A stretch of DNA of 64,000 nt from a virus. Taxonomy: Duplodnaviria; Caudoviricetes. Each line of letters opens with the position of its first letter. Positions within the stretch are counted from its first letter, which is position 1. A model generated the notes under the pieces. That model did no database searches, was not told the DNA's origin, and saw nothing but the letters and a program-made list of their open reading frames with translations. Positions 16,964-26,422 of this stretch are shown in pieces. The stretch is taken from positions 4,746 through 68,745 of the IMG/VR virus record IMGVR_UViG_2974545560_000001; one strand, 5' to 3'. The translations under genes and the position numbers were made by a program.

Positions 16964-19842
16964 TGAGTGGATTCCCACAACTCCGAGTCAGAACAGGATA
17001 CACATTCAAGCGCGTATACGGCCGGACGCCTGAAGTTGTCGCGCGCCTGAAGGAACTATCAGCCCCAGCCGCGGCCATCGTGGATGACAACACATGGGGA
17101 GCCGTTCGATGGGCTAAAGATATGACCAAGGAAGGGCTTATGCCCATGTTCGGAATGGAGATCAAGATCAAGACTGAAGAGCTTGGCGGCGACTTCTACC
17201 GTGTGGCATGGATTCTGGCCAAGAATAGCAAGAGATTCTTTAATGCAACCTCCATGGCGGTCAAACAGGGGTATTTGACCCCTGAACAATTCGGTTCGCT
17301 GGAGGGCGTCGTGCGGTTTGCTGGCGCTGCCGTTGGCCTCCTGGAGCCGGATCAGTACGACTATATCGACGTTAACCCATCGTCCATGCTGCTGGCTGCA
17401 CACCAATTAGAGGTCGCGCGTGCGACTGGGAAACCGGTCGTTATTACCTCCTATAACGATATGCCATCTGAAGAGCACAAAAACTTCGCCTATGCATATC
17501 GAATCCGTGACCGCGCCGGAGTTCGCCACATCTGTCAGCTTGACGAACTAAAATCATTACTAGGACATCTGTTCCAGTACAACGAGTGGAAGAAGGCCGT
17601 TGACAATACCTGCGCCGTTGCCGCCTGCCTGGAGGGGGTCGAATTGCAAAAGGCTCCGATCATTCATCTCGAAGGTGACATGGTTGCGCTGGCGCGACAA
17701 GGCCAAGAGTACCGTGTCAAGATGGGGCACATCAAGGAGTGGACTCAGGAGTATGAAGACAGATTCGTCGAAGAGATTCACCAGATTCAGCTGAAGGATT
17801 TTGACTCTTATTTCTTGGTGGTTGCAGACCTTGTTCGATTCGCCAAAACTAAAATGTTGGTTGGCCCAGCACGCGGCTCGTCAGCAGGCTCTCTGGTCTG
17901 TTACTGCCTCGGAATCACCGAGGTTGATCCATTGCCGTTCAACCTTCTTTTCCAGCGTTTTATCGACATCAGCCGCGCCGACTTGCCGGATATTGATATT
18001 GACTTTGAAGATACAAAGCGCCATTTGGTGTTCGAATATCTCCAAGAAAAATACGGCGTCGATAACGTGTCCAAGCTTGGGAATATCAACACGCTGAAGG
18101 CCGCGTCAGTTATGGCTGAGGTTGGTAAGAAATTCAGCATCGATGCGTGGCAAACAGACGCGGTGCGAAACTCACTAATCGAATACTCATCAGGGGATGC
18201 TCGTTATGGAAAGGGCTTACAAGATACATTCACCACGACGGGGCCAGGGCAGGAGTTTGTCGCCAAATATCCAGCTGCTGCTGCATGTATGGGCGATCTT
18301 GAGTTGCACCCATCACACACCGGAGTCCATGCAGCGGGCATCTTGGTATGTAATGAGCCTATCACGGATTATTGCACCGTCGGGGCTGACGGCGTCCCCC
18401 ATATTGATAAGCCTGATTCAGAATACCTTAACTTACTCAAAATTGACGCTCTCGGACTCCGAACGCTGGGCATTATCGGTGATACTGGAGTCATTACAGC
18501 AGAAGAATTATACAGCCTCAAATTTGACGATGCAAATGTATTCTCGATACTTAACGATGACAAAGTCAGCGGCATATTCCAGTTCGAAGGTGATGCCGTT
18601 CGGTCTGTTACCCGTTCCGTCAACATTGACCGTTTTAGCAAGATCGATAACCTCACCGCATTGGCGCGACCTGGGCCACTTGCATCTGGTATGGCTCAAA
18701 AATACATAGCGCGAGCAAGTGGCAAGGAGCCGGTGACATATGATGTGCCGCAGCTGGAGAAGTACCTGAGCGACACCTATGGGGTATTCCTGTACCAGGA
18801 ACAGATCATGTCAGTGGTAAAGGAAATCGGTCTGTTTGACTGGGTCAAAACATCCGCTGTTCGTAAGGCGATGTCAGGGCGTAAAGGCGAGGAATACTTC
18901 AACAAGATGGGTGAAGACTTCGTTGCCGGGGCGACCTCTCAGGGGATACCAGAAGACCAGGCCAAGAAGATATGGCAGGAAATGGTCACCTTTGGTTCCT
19001 GGGGCTTCAACAAGTCTCACTCTGTGGCCTATGCGATCATCACGTATTACACCATATGGCTCAAATACTACCACCCACTGCCGTTCGCAGCGGCCTGTTT
19101 ACGCGCGGCCAAGGACGACGAACAAACGATTGCTATTCTGCGAGAACTCGCAGCTGAAGGCATCGACTACGTTCCAATCGATACTGAGTTGAGCCAAGCC
19201 AACTGGACGGTTGCAAATGGCAAGCTAATCGGCGGCATCATGAACGCCAAGGGATTTGGGCCAGTTAAGGCCGCCAAGTACCTTGCCGCGCGGGAATCTG
19301 GCGCCCTTACTGACAAGATGCGTGAAACGCTTGCTAACGCCGAGGTCAAATTCAGCGACCTTAGAGAGGCTCACACTAAGTGGGGCGCTTATTATGCTGA
19401 TCCCGCCCTGATAGGCGTGACAACAGGCCACCCAATTCTGAACATGGCTGAAGTTGCAGACAGAAAAACAGCCCTGATGATTGGGAAGCTTGTCAAGAAG
19501 GTTCTGGCCGACGAAAACGAGGCAATCAGGGTTAAGAAGCGAGTGGCAAAGGGGAAGCCTGCGCATTGGAAAGGACAGTCACAATTCGTTGACCTGTTCC
19601 TGGTAGACGACTCAACCGACAGCCCGATGCGTTTCAGGATTCCGACAACGCTTTACTTGACTGTCGGCAAAAAGATATTCGAGGGATCACCAAAGGGCGC
19701 TTGGTTCTTGGTTCGTGGTTGGAAAATACCAGGACTTGGCATGTTTAATATAGACAAAATCAAGCGAATCGACATCAAGCCGCAGGCTGAAAAGACTCTT
19801 GCAGAAATTGAGGCTGAATCAGAGGCGAAATCAGATGACTGA
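16963..19842 (+). CDS. dnaE: DNA polymerase III alpha subunit-like (family C)
   Basis: GPARGSSAGSLVCYCLGIT, PDIDIDF, HAAGIL, LLKIDALGL, LYQEQIM and FNKSHS motifs; degenerate PHP N-terminus. Confidence 0.96.
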   Translation: MSGFPQLRVRTGYTFKRVYGRTPEVVARLKELSAPAAAIVDDNTWGAVRWAKDMTKEGLMPMFGMEIKIKTEELGGDFYRVAWILAKNSKRFFNATSMAVKQGYLTPEQFGSLEGVVRFAGAAVGLLEPDQYDYIDVNPSSMLLAAHQLEVARATGKPVVITSYNDMPSEEHKNFAYAYRIRDRAGVRHICQLDELKSLLGHLFQYNEWKKAVDNTCAVAACLEGVELQKAPIIHLEGDMVALARQGQEYRVKMGHIKEWTQEYEDRFVEEIHQIQLKDFDSYFLVVADLVRFAKTKMLVGPARGSSAGSLVCYCLGITEVDPLPFNLLFQRFIDISRADLPDIDIDFEDTKRHLVFEYLQEKYGVDNVSKLGNINTLKAASVMAEVGKKFSIDAWQTDAVRNSLIEYSSGDARYGKGLQDTFTTTGPGQEFVAKYPAAAACMGDLELHPSHTGVHAAGILVCNEPITDYCTVGADGVPHIDKPDSEYLNLLKIDALGLRTLGIIGDTGVITAEELYSLKFDDANVFSILNDDKVSGIFQFEGDAVRSVTRSVNIDRFSKIDNLTALARPGPLASGMAQKYIARASGKEPVTYDVPQLEKYLSDTYGVFLYQEQIMSVVKEIGLFDWVKTSAVRKAMSGRKGEEYFNKMGEDFVAGATSQGIPEDQAKKIWQEMVTFGSWGFNKSHSVAYAIITYYTIWLKYYHPLPFAAACLRAAKDDEQTIAILRELAAEGIDYVPIDTELSQANWTVANGKLIGGIMNAKGFGPVKAAKYLAARESGALTDKMRETLANAEVKFSDLREAHTKWGAYYADPALIGVTTGHPILNMAEVADRKTALMIGKLVKKVLADENEAIRVKKRVAKGKPAHWKGQSQFVDLFLVDDSTDSPMRFRIPTTLYLTVGKKIFEGSPKGAWFLVRGWKIPGLGMFNIDKIKRIDIKPQAEKTLAEIEAESEAKSDD

Positions 19843-20236
19843 AGAGCAATTGGCATGGAACTCACTGAAGCCGTCCCTGGAGGGGCGGATTAAAGCCACC
19901 CGCATAGAGAATATGCTGGGCGAAGCCACCCCTGACATCAACGCGCTCAACCGTCGCGGCACAACATTCTGGGTTGAGCTTAAAGCGCTGAAGTCTTGGC
20001 CTGTTCGGGCGACAACCGCGCCATTAAAGAACAAATTTGAAAAAGGCCAATTGTCATTCCTTCGCTCCCATATCAGCTGGAAAGGAAAGGGGTTTGTGTT
20101 GCTAAGGGTGGCAAGCAGAGAGTGGTACTTGCTTAATCCGGTCGTGGACTTGGAGGCCTGCACGAAAGAGGGTATAATTGACGCCTCTTTCGCCATTGGC
20201 AAAGAAAATGTAATTTCATTCCTGGAGAGCATATGA
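19835..20236 (+). CDS. PD-(D/E)xK nuclease (VRR-NUC/resolvase-like)
   Basis: RIEN..GEATPDI...FWVELK motif. Confidence 0.75.
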   Translation: MTEEQLAWNSLKPSLEGRIKATRIENMLGEATPDINALNRRGTTFWVELKALKSWPVRATTAPLKNKFEKGQLSFLRSHISWKGKGFVLLRVASREWYLLNPVVDLEACTKEGIIDASFAIGKENVISFLESI

Positions 20237-21738
20237 AGACTAAACCCATGACGCCACAGGTTCTGGCGCTTGAGGCTTTGAATGGAAAGCGCAATTTCGC
20301 CTTATTGATGGAAATGGGACTTGGTAAGACTTGGACTATTTTGGCGGATGCAGAGCGCTATTATGAAGCCAACAAAATCGATGCGTTGGTTGTATTAGCT
20401 CCGAATGGCGTGCACACCAACTGGATTCGACGTGAGGCTCCAACGCACCTTGGTTGCAAATGGATTGGATATGCATGGCGCGGCCGTCCTGAGTCCAAAA
20501 AGAAAAAGGATGAGCTTAAAAAGATCTATGCTGACCACTACGTTGAAGGTCAAGTGCCACTCAGAATCTTCACCATGAACTTCGAAGCTATTTCTGGAAA
20601 GGCCGGTGTAGAGGAATTAAAATTTTTCCTCCAGTCATACCGCTGCATGTTCGCGATTGACGAGTCAACTCGAATCAAGAACCCTGATGGAAAACGAGCC
20701 AAGCTGATTGTTGAACTCGGCAAGTTGGCGCTCTGCCGCCGAATCATGTCCGGCTCTCCTATGCCACGCAGCCCGGAAGACCTTTTCATGCAGTTCCAGT
20801 TCCTGAAAGAGGGATTACTTGGCACCAAGTCTTTCAGGGCATTCAAGGCTGAATATTCAGTTCTTTTGGACGCGAATGATCCTAAGATGATCGCCATCAT
20901 GCGCAAACTCGGCGGCAGAACTTGGGGCATTCCGCAGGTCGTTGCCACGGACGATAATGGACAACCGATATACAAAAACCTCGATCGATTGCGTGAACTT
21001 ATGCTGCCGCACTCTTTCCGAGCAACCAAAGAGGAATATCTTGATCTGCCAGATAAGATATACAAGGTTGTGAATTTTGAGTTGGCTCCGTCCCAGCGAC
21101 TGATATACGACAGACTTAAGAATGACTATGCATTCTTATTCGAAAACTCTGATAGCGACATACTCGAAGACGTTTCTTTCCAGGCAATCGCCGCGCGAAC
21201 CAAAATGAAGCAGGCAACATCTGGCTTCGTCAACATATACGGCGACCCGGTTCTGATGCCTGACAGGGAGAATCCTCGCATGGCCGCGTTTAAAGAGATC
21301 TTGGAATCGGTCATGGACACATCGCCAACTCGCCAGTTCATCGTCTGGGCGATGTTCAAGGAAGAGTTGAAAGGCATCAAGCAGGCGCTGGATGATATGG
21401 GCATTTCCTGTGCTGTATATAATGGTGACACTCCAAAGGATGAGCGTGAGCGAATCATTGATGAGTTCCAGGCCGGAAACATCCAGGGGTTCATAGGCGA
21501 CGCACGCGCGGCGGGAATCGGACTCACATTGACAGCCGCGACCATGGCGATTTACTATAGTTGCAGCGACGACAATGAATTGCGAATGCAGTCTGAAGAC
21601 CGATGCCACCGAATCGGCACGAAGGAAAGTGTGCTGTACATCGACCTTATCGCAGAAGACACGCTTGATGAGAATATTCACAAGCGTAACACGATGAAGT
21701 CAACAGTTGCTGCTGTAGTAATTGACGGCAAGAACTAA
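20233..21738 (+). CDS. SF2 (SNF2-like) DNA helicase
   Basis: MEMGLGKT, AIDEST, MSGSP, GIGLTLT and QSEDRCHRIG motifs. Confidence 0.92.
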   Translation: MKTKPMTPQVLALEALNGKRNFALLMEMGLGKTWTILADAERYYEANKIDALVVLAPNGVHTNWIRREAPTHLGCKWIGYAWRGRPESKKKKDELKKIYADHYVEGQVPLRIFTMNFEAISGKAGVEELKFFLQSYRCMFAIDESTRIKNPDGKRAKLIVELGKLALCRRIMSGSPMPRSPEDLFMQFQFLKEGLLGTKSFRAFKAEYSVLLDANDPKMIAIMRKLGGRTWGIPQVVATDDNGQPIYKNLDRLRELMLPHSFRATKEEYLDLPDKIYKVVNFELAPSQRLIYDRLKNDYAFLFENSDSDILEDVSFQAIAARTKMKQATSGFVNIYGDPVLMPDRENPRMAAFKEILESVMDTSPTRQFIVWAMFKEELKGIKQALDDMGISCAVYNGDTPKDERERIIDEFQAGNIQGFIGDARAAGIGLTLTAATMAIYYSCSDDNELRMQSEDRCHRIGTKESVLYIDLIAEDTLDENIHKRNTMKSTVAAVVIDGKN

Positions 21739-21745
21739 ATAACGG

Positions 21746-21774
21746 TTGCCGTCGCTTATATAGGACGGCATAAT
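21746..21774 (+). promoter_or_regulatory. sigma70-like promoter with 7-bp inverted repeat
   Basis: TTGCCG-17-CATAAT; TGCCGTC/GACGGCA. Confidence 0.7.
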
Positions 21775-21796
21775 TAACTCAGGTTTAGCGATAGAG

Positions 21797-22384
21797 GTGA
21801 ATACAGTGAGCGATAAAATCGACTTTTTCGGCGCATTAGCGGATCAAGCGCCAGCTGAAGATAATTTGATTCGATTGTCAAAGTTGGTGCAGAAAGCCGC
21901 CGACCTGAAAGACGACTTTGACTATCACGCCGAAAAGTCTGCCGAGGCTGAAGAGGCCATGAAAAAGGTTCTGCGCGAAGAAATTCCAGAACTCATGGCT
22001 GAAATCGGCATGTCTGAGGTGAGAACCGAAGAAGGCATGTTGGTTTCTGTTGAGGGCAAAATCAACTGCGCGATCAAAGCCGTCAACAAGCCTGAAGCGT
22101 TCGCTTGGCTTCGCGAACACGACTATGATGGCTTGATCAAATCCAAGTTGTCAGTTGAGTTCGGCAAAGGCGAAGATGAAAGCGCTGCAGCGGCCATCAA
22201 AGCCCTGGATGGTGTCGGCATTGTTGCAGGCGTCGAAGATAACATTCACCCGGCGACATTGAAGTCATGGGCTAAAGAGCGCGTGGAGGCTGGCGATACT
22301 CTTCCAGAGTGTTTCTCAATCCACGAATTCAAAGAAGCTAAAATTACCGTGCCAAAGGCAAAGAAATCAGGTAAAATTAAATAA
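21797..22384 (+). CDS. Conserved phage replication-module protein of unknown function
   Basis: IPELM...EAFAWLREH..DGLIK...FGKGED...IHPATLK pattern, which I recall upstream of SSB-like genes in many phages. Confidence 0.7.
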   Translation: MNTVSDKIDFFGALADQAPAEDNLIRLSKLVQKAADLKDDFDYHAEKSAEAEEAMKKVLREEIPELMAEIGMSEVRTEEGMLVSVEGKINCAIKAVNKPEAFAWLREHDYDGLIKSKLSVEFGKGEDESAAAAIKALDGVGIVAGVEDNIHPATLKSWAKERVEAGDTLPECFSIHEFKEAKITVPKAKKSGKIK

Positions 22385-22441
22385 CTTTTTAGCAGTACAA
22401 TACAACGTCCATAAACAACCCTTAATAAAGGAAAGTCAAGT

Positions 22442-23314
22442 ATGTCTAAGAAAGATGCTGCATCCGAAAACACCGAAGTCGCTGTTGTTGCTGGCGGCCA
22501 ACTGGCACCGGCGTTCATGGATGACTCCATGTTCGGTGCTGGCTTCGAAGGCATGGACAACGAATCGTTTGCGATTCCGTTTATCCAAATTCTGCAAAAG
22601 ATGTCCCCGATTGTTGATCCTGACGATCCAAAATACATCGAAGGCGCACGCGCCGGTATGTTGCTGAATACCGTTACCAACAAGCTGTACGACGGCAAAT
22701 CCGGTCTGGTGATCGTGCCGTGCTATTACAAGCGTTCCTACCTCCGTTGGGGCGGTCGCGAATCCACCGAGCCTGGCTTCAAAGGCGAGCTGACCGTTGA
22801 AGAAGTCAACGACATGATGAAGGACGAATCCAAAATCAAAGTTGTTGAAGGTCGCCTGTACGCGCCGAACCCGGACGGCACCGTGCACGAAAAGAAAAAC
22901 GACTATTTCGCCGATACCCGCGCTCACTACGTCCTGGTGATCGATCCTGATACTGGCGAATACGGTCGCGCCCTGCTTTCTCTGTCTTCGACTCAGATCA
23001 AGGCGTCCAAAATGCTGAACACCGCTCTGCAGCAGAAAAAGATCAAAGACGGCGCTGGCAACCTGCGTACTCCGCCGACCTTCGCCAACATGGTTCGTCT
23101 GACCACCATCGGCCAGTCTAACGACAAAGGCGCTTGGTCTGGCGCTCGCTTCGATTTGGAAGGCATCGTGTCTGACAAAGATATCTTCAACGAAGCGGTG
23201 GCGTTCTATAAAGACATCAGCGCCGGTCAGGTGCAGGTGGACTACAACAAACAGGCTGAATCGGCTCACACCGAAGCTGCCAACCACACGCCGCAAGACG
23301 CAGAGCAGTTCTAA
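22442..23314 (+). CDS. Putative single-stranded DNA-binding protein
   Basis: Beta-rich core, acidic tail ending in Phe (QDAEQF), strong codon bias, position in the replication module. Confidence 0.65.
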   Translation: MSKKDAASENTEVAVVAGGQLAPAFMDDSMFGAGFEGMDNESFAIPFIQILQKMSPIVDPDDPKYIEGARAGMLLNTVTNKLYDGKSGLVIVPCYYKRSYLRWGGRESTEPGFKGELTVEEVNDMMKDESKIKVVEGRLYAPNPDGTVHEKKNDYFADTRAHYVLVIDPDTGEYGRALLSLSSTQIKASKMLNTALQQKKIKDGAGNLRTPPTFANMVRLTTIGQSNDKGAWSGARFDLEGIVSDKDIFNEAVAFYKDISAGQVQVDYNKQAESAHTEAANHTPQDAEQF

Positions 23315-23336
23315 CTGCCAACTCCAGGGAATAATC

Positions 23337-23362
23337 AAAGGTCGCCATTCGGCGGCCTTTTT
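23337..23362 (+). terminator. Rho-independent terminator
   Basis: AAAGGTCGCC-ATTC-GGCGGCCTTTTT. Confidence 0.75.
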
Positions 23363-23379
23363 CACAAGAGGTAATCGAC

Positions 23380-23652
23380 ATGAAAGAGTACAAGGTTGAA
23401 CAATTCCAATCACACCCAGTTGAAGTTGGCGCTGCACAAATAACAGAGGTTTCTATTATCGAATCTGGACAATTCAAGATCAAGCTACTCAACTTCTTTA
23501 TGGGTGGAGAGTTCACAATATTCAGGGATGGCAAAGAAGCGTCGATCAATGGATTGAAGCCTGGAAACGTTTTCGTTGTGTGGCCAAACGGCACTGAGAG
23601 TTGCATGTCGATGCAAGAGTTCACTTCACAATTCAAGCGTAAAGAGGTTTAA
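23380..23652 (+). CDS. Small hypothetical protein
   Basis: 90 aa; GAGG RBS. Confidence 0.65.
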   Translation: MKEYKVEQFQSHPVEVGAAQITEVSIIESGQFKIKLLNFFMGGEFTIFRDGKEASINGLKPGNVFVVWPNGTESCMSMQEFTSQFKRKEV

Positions 23653-23653
23653 A

Positions 23654-24259
23654 ATGAACTGGAAAGATGTATCAAATGCAGTAGGCTCCGCCGCGCCCAT
23701 CCTCGGCGGCTTGTTAGGTGGCCCAGCAGGCGCGGCTGTAGGCTCGTTAATCTCAACCGCTTTAGGCACGGATAACACCCCTGACGCGGTAAACAAGGCT
23801 ATTCTCGCCAGTCCCGACGCCGCGCTGAAGCTTGCGGAGCTGCAGGAAAATGCCAAGGTGCAGCTTCAGCAATTGGCCGTAACTGCAGAGCAGAACAGAC
23901 TGGCCAATGAACTCGCTGTTTATCAGGCAGAGGCGTCTGATCGCGATAGCGCGCGCCAATTGGCCGCCAAGCAGCCACGCGACTGGGTAAGGCCAACCAT
24001 CACATTCGCACTTCTTGCAGGCGCAATGTGCGTTATGCTGTATATTCTTTCAGGCAGAAGTGAAAGCGTCTTGAAAGATTCCAACTCTTTCGGTTTAATA
24101 GGTATTCTGGTCGGATACCTCTTTGGTGAACTGAAACAGGCGACTGCGTTCTGGTTCGGCCAAACCAAAGAGTCATCCGTTCAAAGCGCAACCATCGCCA
24201 AGATTACAATGGCAAACAACCAAAACAAAGGACAAGTGAAAGATGTCAAAATTAACTAA
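23654..24259 (+). CDS. Holin-like membrane protein (GTA 3TM holin-like)
   Basis: MNWKDV..AVG..APILGGLLGGPAGAA N-terminus; two C-terminal TM helices ending AFWFG. Confidence 0.7.
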   Translation: MNWKDVSNAVGSAAPILGGLLGGPAGAAVGSLISTALGTDNTPDAVNKAILASPDAALKLAELQENAKVQLQQLAVTAEQNRLANELAVYQAEASDRDSARQLAAKQPRDWVRPTITFALLAGAMCVMLYILSGRSESVLKDSNSFGLIGILVGYLFGELKQATAFWFGQTKESSVQSATIAKITMANNQNKGQVKDVKIN

Positions 24260-24824
24260 TGCATTATCAAACATCCTGGACTGGGCGAAAGCGCGCAATC
24301 TGATCAACGGCTCCGATTCCAAATCCCAATCGCTGAAGCTTTTCAGTGAATTCGGTGAAAGCGGTCTGGCAATCGCCCAAGGCGCTCACGTTTGTGCGTC
24401 TGATGGCGATGATGCGGCGCTAGAGAAAGCGCACAGCGATCTGATCGATGGAATCGGCGACACAGTTGTCGTTCTGACGATCATCGCAGAACAAGAGGGC
24501 TATCTGCTGGCAGACCTGATCCAAGAGTATGCGCCGCTGCCGCGCATCCATGGATATGAGTTCTATCAGGCGTCGTCCACCATCGGTAAGCTTGCAGATT
24601 CTGTGTTGAAGCGAGACAACAAATCTGTTGGGCCATACCTGGCCTATACCTTCCACCACCTGGCGGACATGGCAGATTACTTCCAGTATGATATAACCAA
24701 CTGCGTTGAAGTTGCCTATGACGAAATCAAAGACCGCAAAGGCGTGATGTACAACGGCGCGTTCATCAAGTCAACCGATGATCGCTATCAATCAATCTGT
24801 GAAGAGCTGGGGCTGCAGGCATGA
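24243..24824 (+). CDS. MazG-like nucleotide pyrophosphohydrolase
   Basis: DWAKARNL...QSLKLFSEFGE, DGIGDTVVVL and AYDEIKDRKG motifs. Confidence 0.8.
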   Translation: MSKLTNALSNILDWAKARNLINGSDSKSQSLKLFSEFGESGLAIAQGAHVCASDGDDAALEKAHSDLIDGIGDTVVVLTIIAEQEGYLLADLIQEYAPLPRIHGYEFYQASSTIGKLADSVLKRDNKSVGPYLAYTFHHLADMADYFQYDITNCVEVAYDEIKDRKGVMYNGAFIKSTDDRYQSICEELGLQA

Positions 24825-25033
24825 CCGATGTTGATCGCTTCGCTGATGGTGAAGTGGTTTATCACGTTAGCGAAAAGGGTACAATCCGGCGCGGAACTTG
24901 TGATGGAAATTCAACTTCGCGCGGCGATGTCAACATCCGATTCGATGATGGCACCGTGAGAACCCTGCGTTGGATTGATACGTTTCGAAGCGAGCTGGCC
25001 GCGAACCACGTCTCAACGCGACGCGCTTATTAA
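24821..25033 (+). CDS. Small hypothetical protein (SH3-like)
   Basis: 70 aa; ATGA overlap. Confidence 0.55.
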   Translation: MTDVDRFADGEVVYHVSEKGTIRRGTCDGNSTSRGDVNIRFDDGTVRTLRWIDTFRSELAANHVSTRRAY

Positions 25034-25104
25034 CACTTAAATCAACTGTTTAACGCCCGGTTAGTCCGGGCGATTCTATAATAACCATTGCTGGAGTGTG
25101 TATA

Positions 25105-26049
25105 ATGGCTGCACTAAAACCGTTCAAGGGCTGTAAGCGCGTGGAGCTTGACGGGCTTAAATTCCCTCTCGGTCTGTCGTATAAAATTGATGGCTTTCGC
25201 GGCATGAACTATGGTGGCGGTATCAACAGTTCAACCGGTAAGCCGTTTAAGAATGAATACACCAATGAAGTGTTCGCTAGAGCGTCGCACATAGTCGCTG
25301 GATTGGATGGTGAGTTGTGCGCTGGCGCTCCCAACGACAAGAACTTGATGCAGCAGTGCACAAGCGCGTTCAATTCAGTTAAGGGCGAACCTGAATTTCA
25401 TTTCTGGGTATTTGATGATTTCAGCGACCTGGATTTGCCGTTCAAAGAGCGCTATGCCAAATATCAGAGCCGCGTGGTCTCTGGCAATGTCATGCTTGAA
25501 GAGCTTGGCCTGCCGCCTTTCCTGCGCGCGGTCGAATATCGGTTCATCGAGAACCAAGAGCAGTACGACGCGATGCAGCAGGAAGCCGCTGATTTGCGCT
25601 ATGAAGGGCTTTATGGTAAAAGTTGGGAGGGTAAATATAAGCATGGTCGCGGTACTCCGAAAGAAGCGACCTGCTGGAAGGACAAGCCTTGGACTGATGA
25701 AGAGGGCGTGATCGTTGACTTCATCGAAATGGAAGAAAACACCAACGAAGCGTTTTTGGACGAGCTTGGCCGCACCAAGCGCTCAACCCATAAGGCCGGC
25801 ATGGTCGGAAAGGGCATTTTGGGATCATATGTCGTAATCAACCCGAAATACTGCGATAAGAACGGCGAACCAATCCCGTTCAACGTAAGCTGCGGCAGCA
25901 TGACGATGGAAGAGCGTACCGAGCGCTGGTTGTCTCGTGAAGAAGAACGTGGCGACACAATCACCTACAAGTTCTTTGACTTCGGTATTGTGGACGTGCC
26001 GCGCTCTGCGATTTACAAATGCCACCGACCGGCATTCGACCTTCCATAA
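25105..26049 (+). CDS. ATP-dependent DNA ligase (minimal, viral type)
   Basis: YKIDGFRG (motif I), LDGEL, FWVFD, YEGLYGK, WKDK and C-terminal OB-fold motifs. Confidence 0.92.
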   Translation: MAALKPFKGCKRVELDGLKFPLGLSYKIDGFRGMNYGGGINSSTGKPFKNEYTNEVFARASHIVAGLDGELCAGAPNDKNLMQQCTSAFNSVKGEPEFHFWVFDDFSDLDLPFKERYAKYQSRVVSGNVMLEELGLPPFLRAVEYRFIENQEQYDAMQQEAADLRYEGLYGKSWEGKYKHGRGTPKEATCWKDKPWTDEEGVIVDFIEMEENTNEAFLDELGRTKRSTHKAGMVGKGILGSYVVINPKYCDKNGEPIPFNVSCGSMTMEERTERWLSREEERGDTITYKFFDFGIVDVPRSAIYKCHRPAFDLP

Positions 26050-26075
26050 TTTTTTATAAATTGCACACAAACCAC

Positions 26076-26104
26076 TTGACGCCTCCAATTGGAGGCGTTA
26101 TTAT
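26076..26104 (+). promoter_or_regulatory. sigma70-like promoter containing a perfect 20-bp palindrome
   Basis: TTGACG-17-TATTAT; ACGCCTCCAATTGGAGGCGT at 26079-26098. Confidence 0.85.
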
Positions 26105-26151
26105 TTATCTCAAGAAGGCAATAACGCCTTAACCTTAAAGAGGATTTCAAA

Positions 26152-26382
26152 ATGGCAACTTTCTATGATATCGAACCAAGCAAAAGCTATGCTACACCTG
26201 AAAACGCCCACAAAGCAGTTGCCAAATTGAACCTTCCAGACGATGCGCGATACATCGTGCTCATATCAACCAGCACCACTGATTACGCCAAAAAGCACCT
26301 GGGTCGCTACATCGTGGTGTTCATTGGTATGAACTGCCTACAGTATGGCATCCCGCACAAAGGCTTCAATGTCGTTGCATAA
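26152..26382 (+). CDS. Small early protein in a single-gene cassette
   Basis: 76 aa; AGAGGA RBS; own promoter and terminator. Confidence 0.7.
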   Translation: MATFYDIEPSKSYATPENAHKAVAKLNLPDDARYIVLISTSTTDYAKKHLGRYIVVFIGMNCLQYGIPHKGFNVVA

Positions 26383-26389
26383 AATACAC

Positions 26390-26412
26390 AGCCCGGTTAT
26401 CGCCGGGCTTTT
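26390..26412 (+). terminator. Rho-independent terminator
   Basis: AGCCCGG-TTATCG-CCGGGCT-TTT. Confidence 0.7.
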
Positions 26413-26422
26413 GGAGTTCGAA

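Noticed and set aside
19560-19620. QFVDLF as a beta-clamp-binding motif in DnaE
   Set aside because: It falls in a predicted OB-fold beta strand, not at the usual exposed clamp-motif position.
16963-19842. Intein or intron in dnaE, or homing endonucleases elsewhere
   Set aside because: The ORF is continuous and compact, with no intein, HNH, GIY-YIG or LAGLIDADG motifs.
22246-23636. Long minus-strand ORFs (150, 333 and 139 aa), and similar ones opposite thyX, SDR, capsid and scaffold genes
   Set aside because: Shadow frames produced by codon bias of the real genes.
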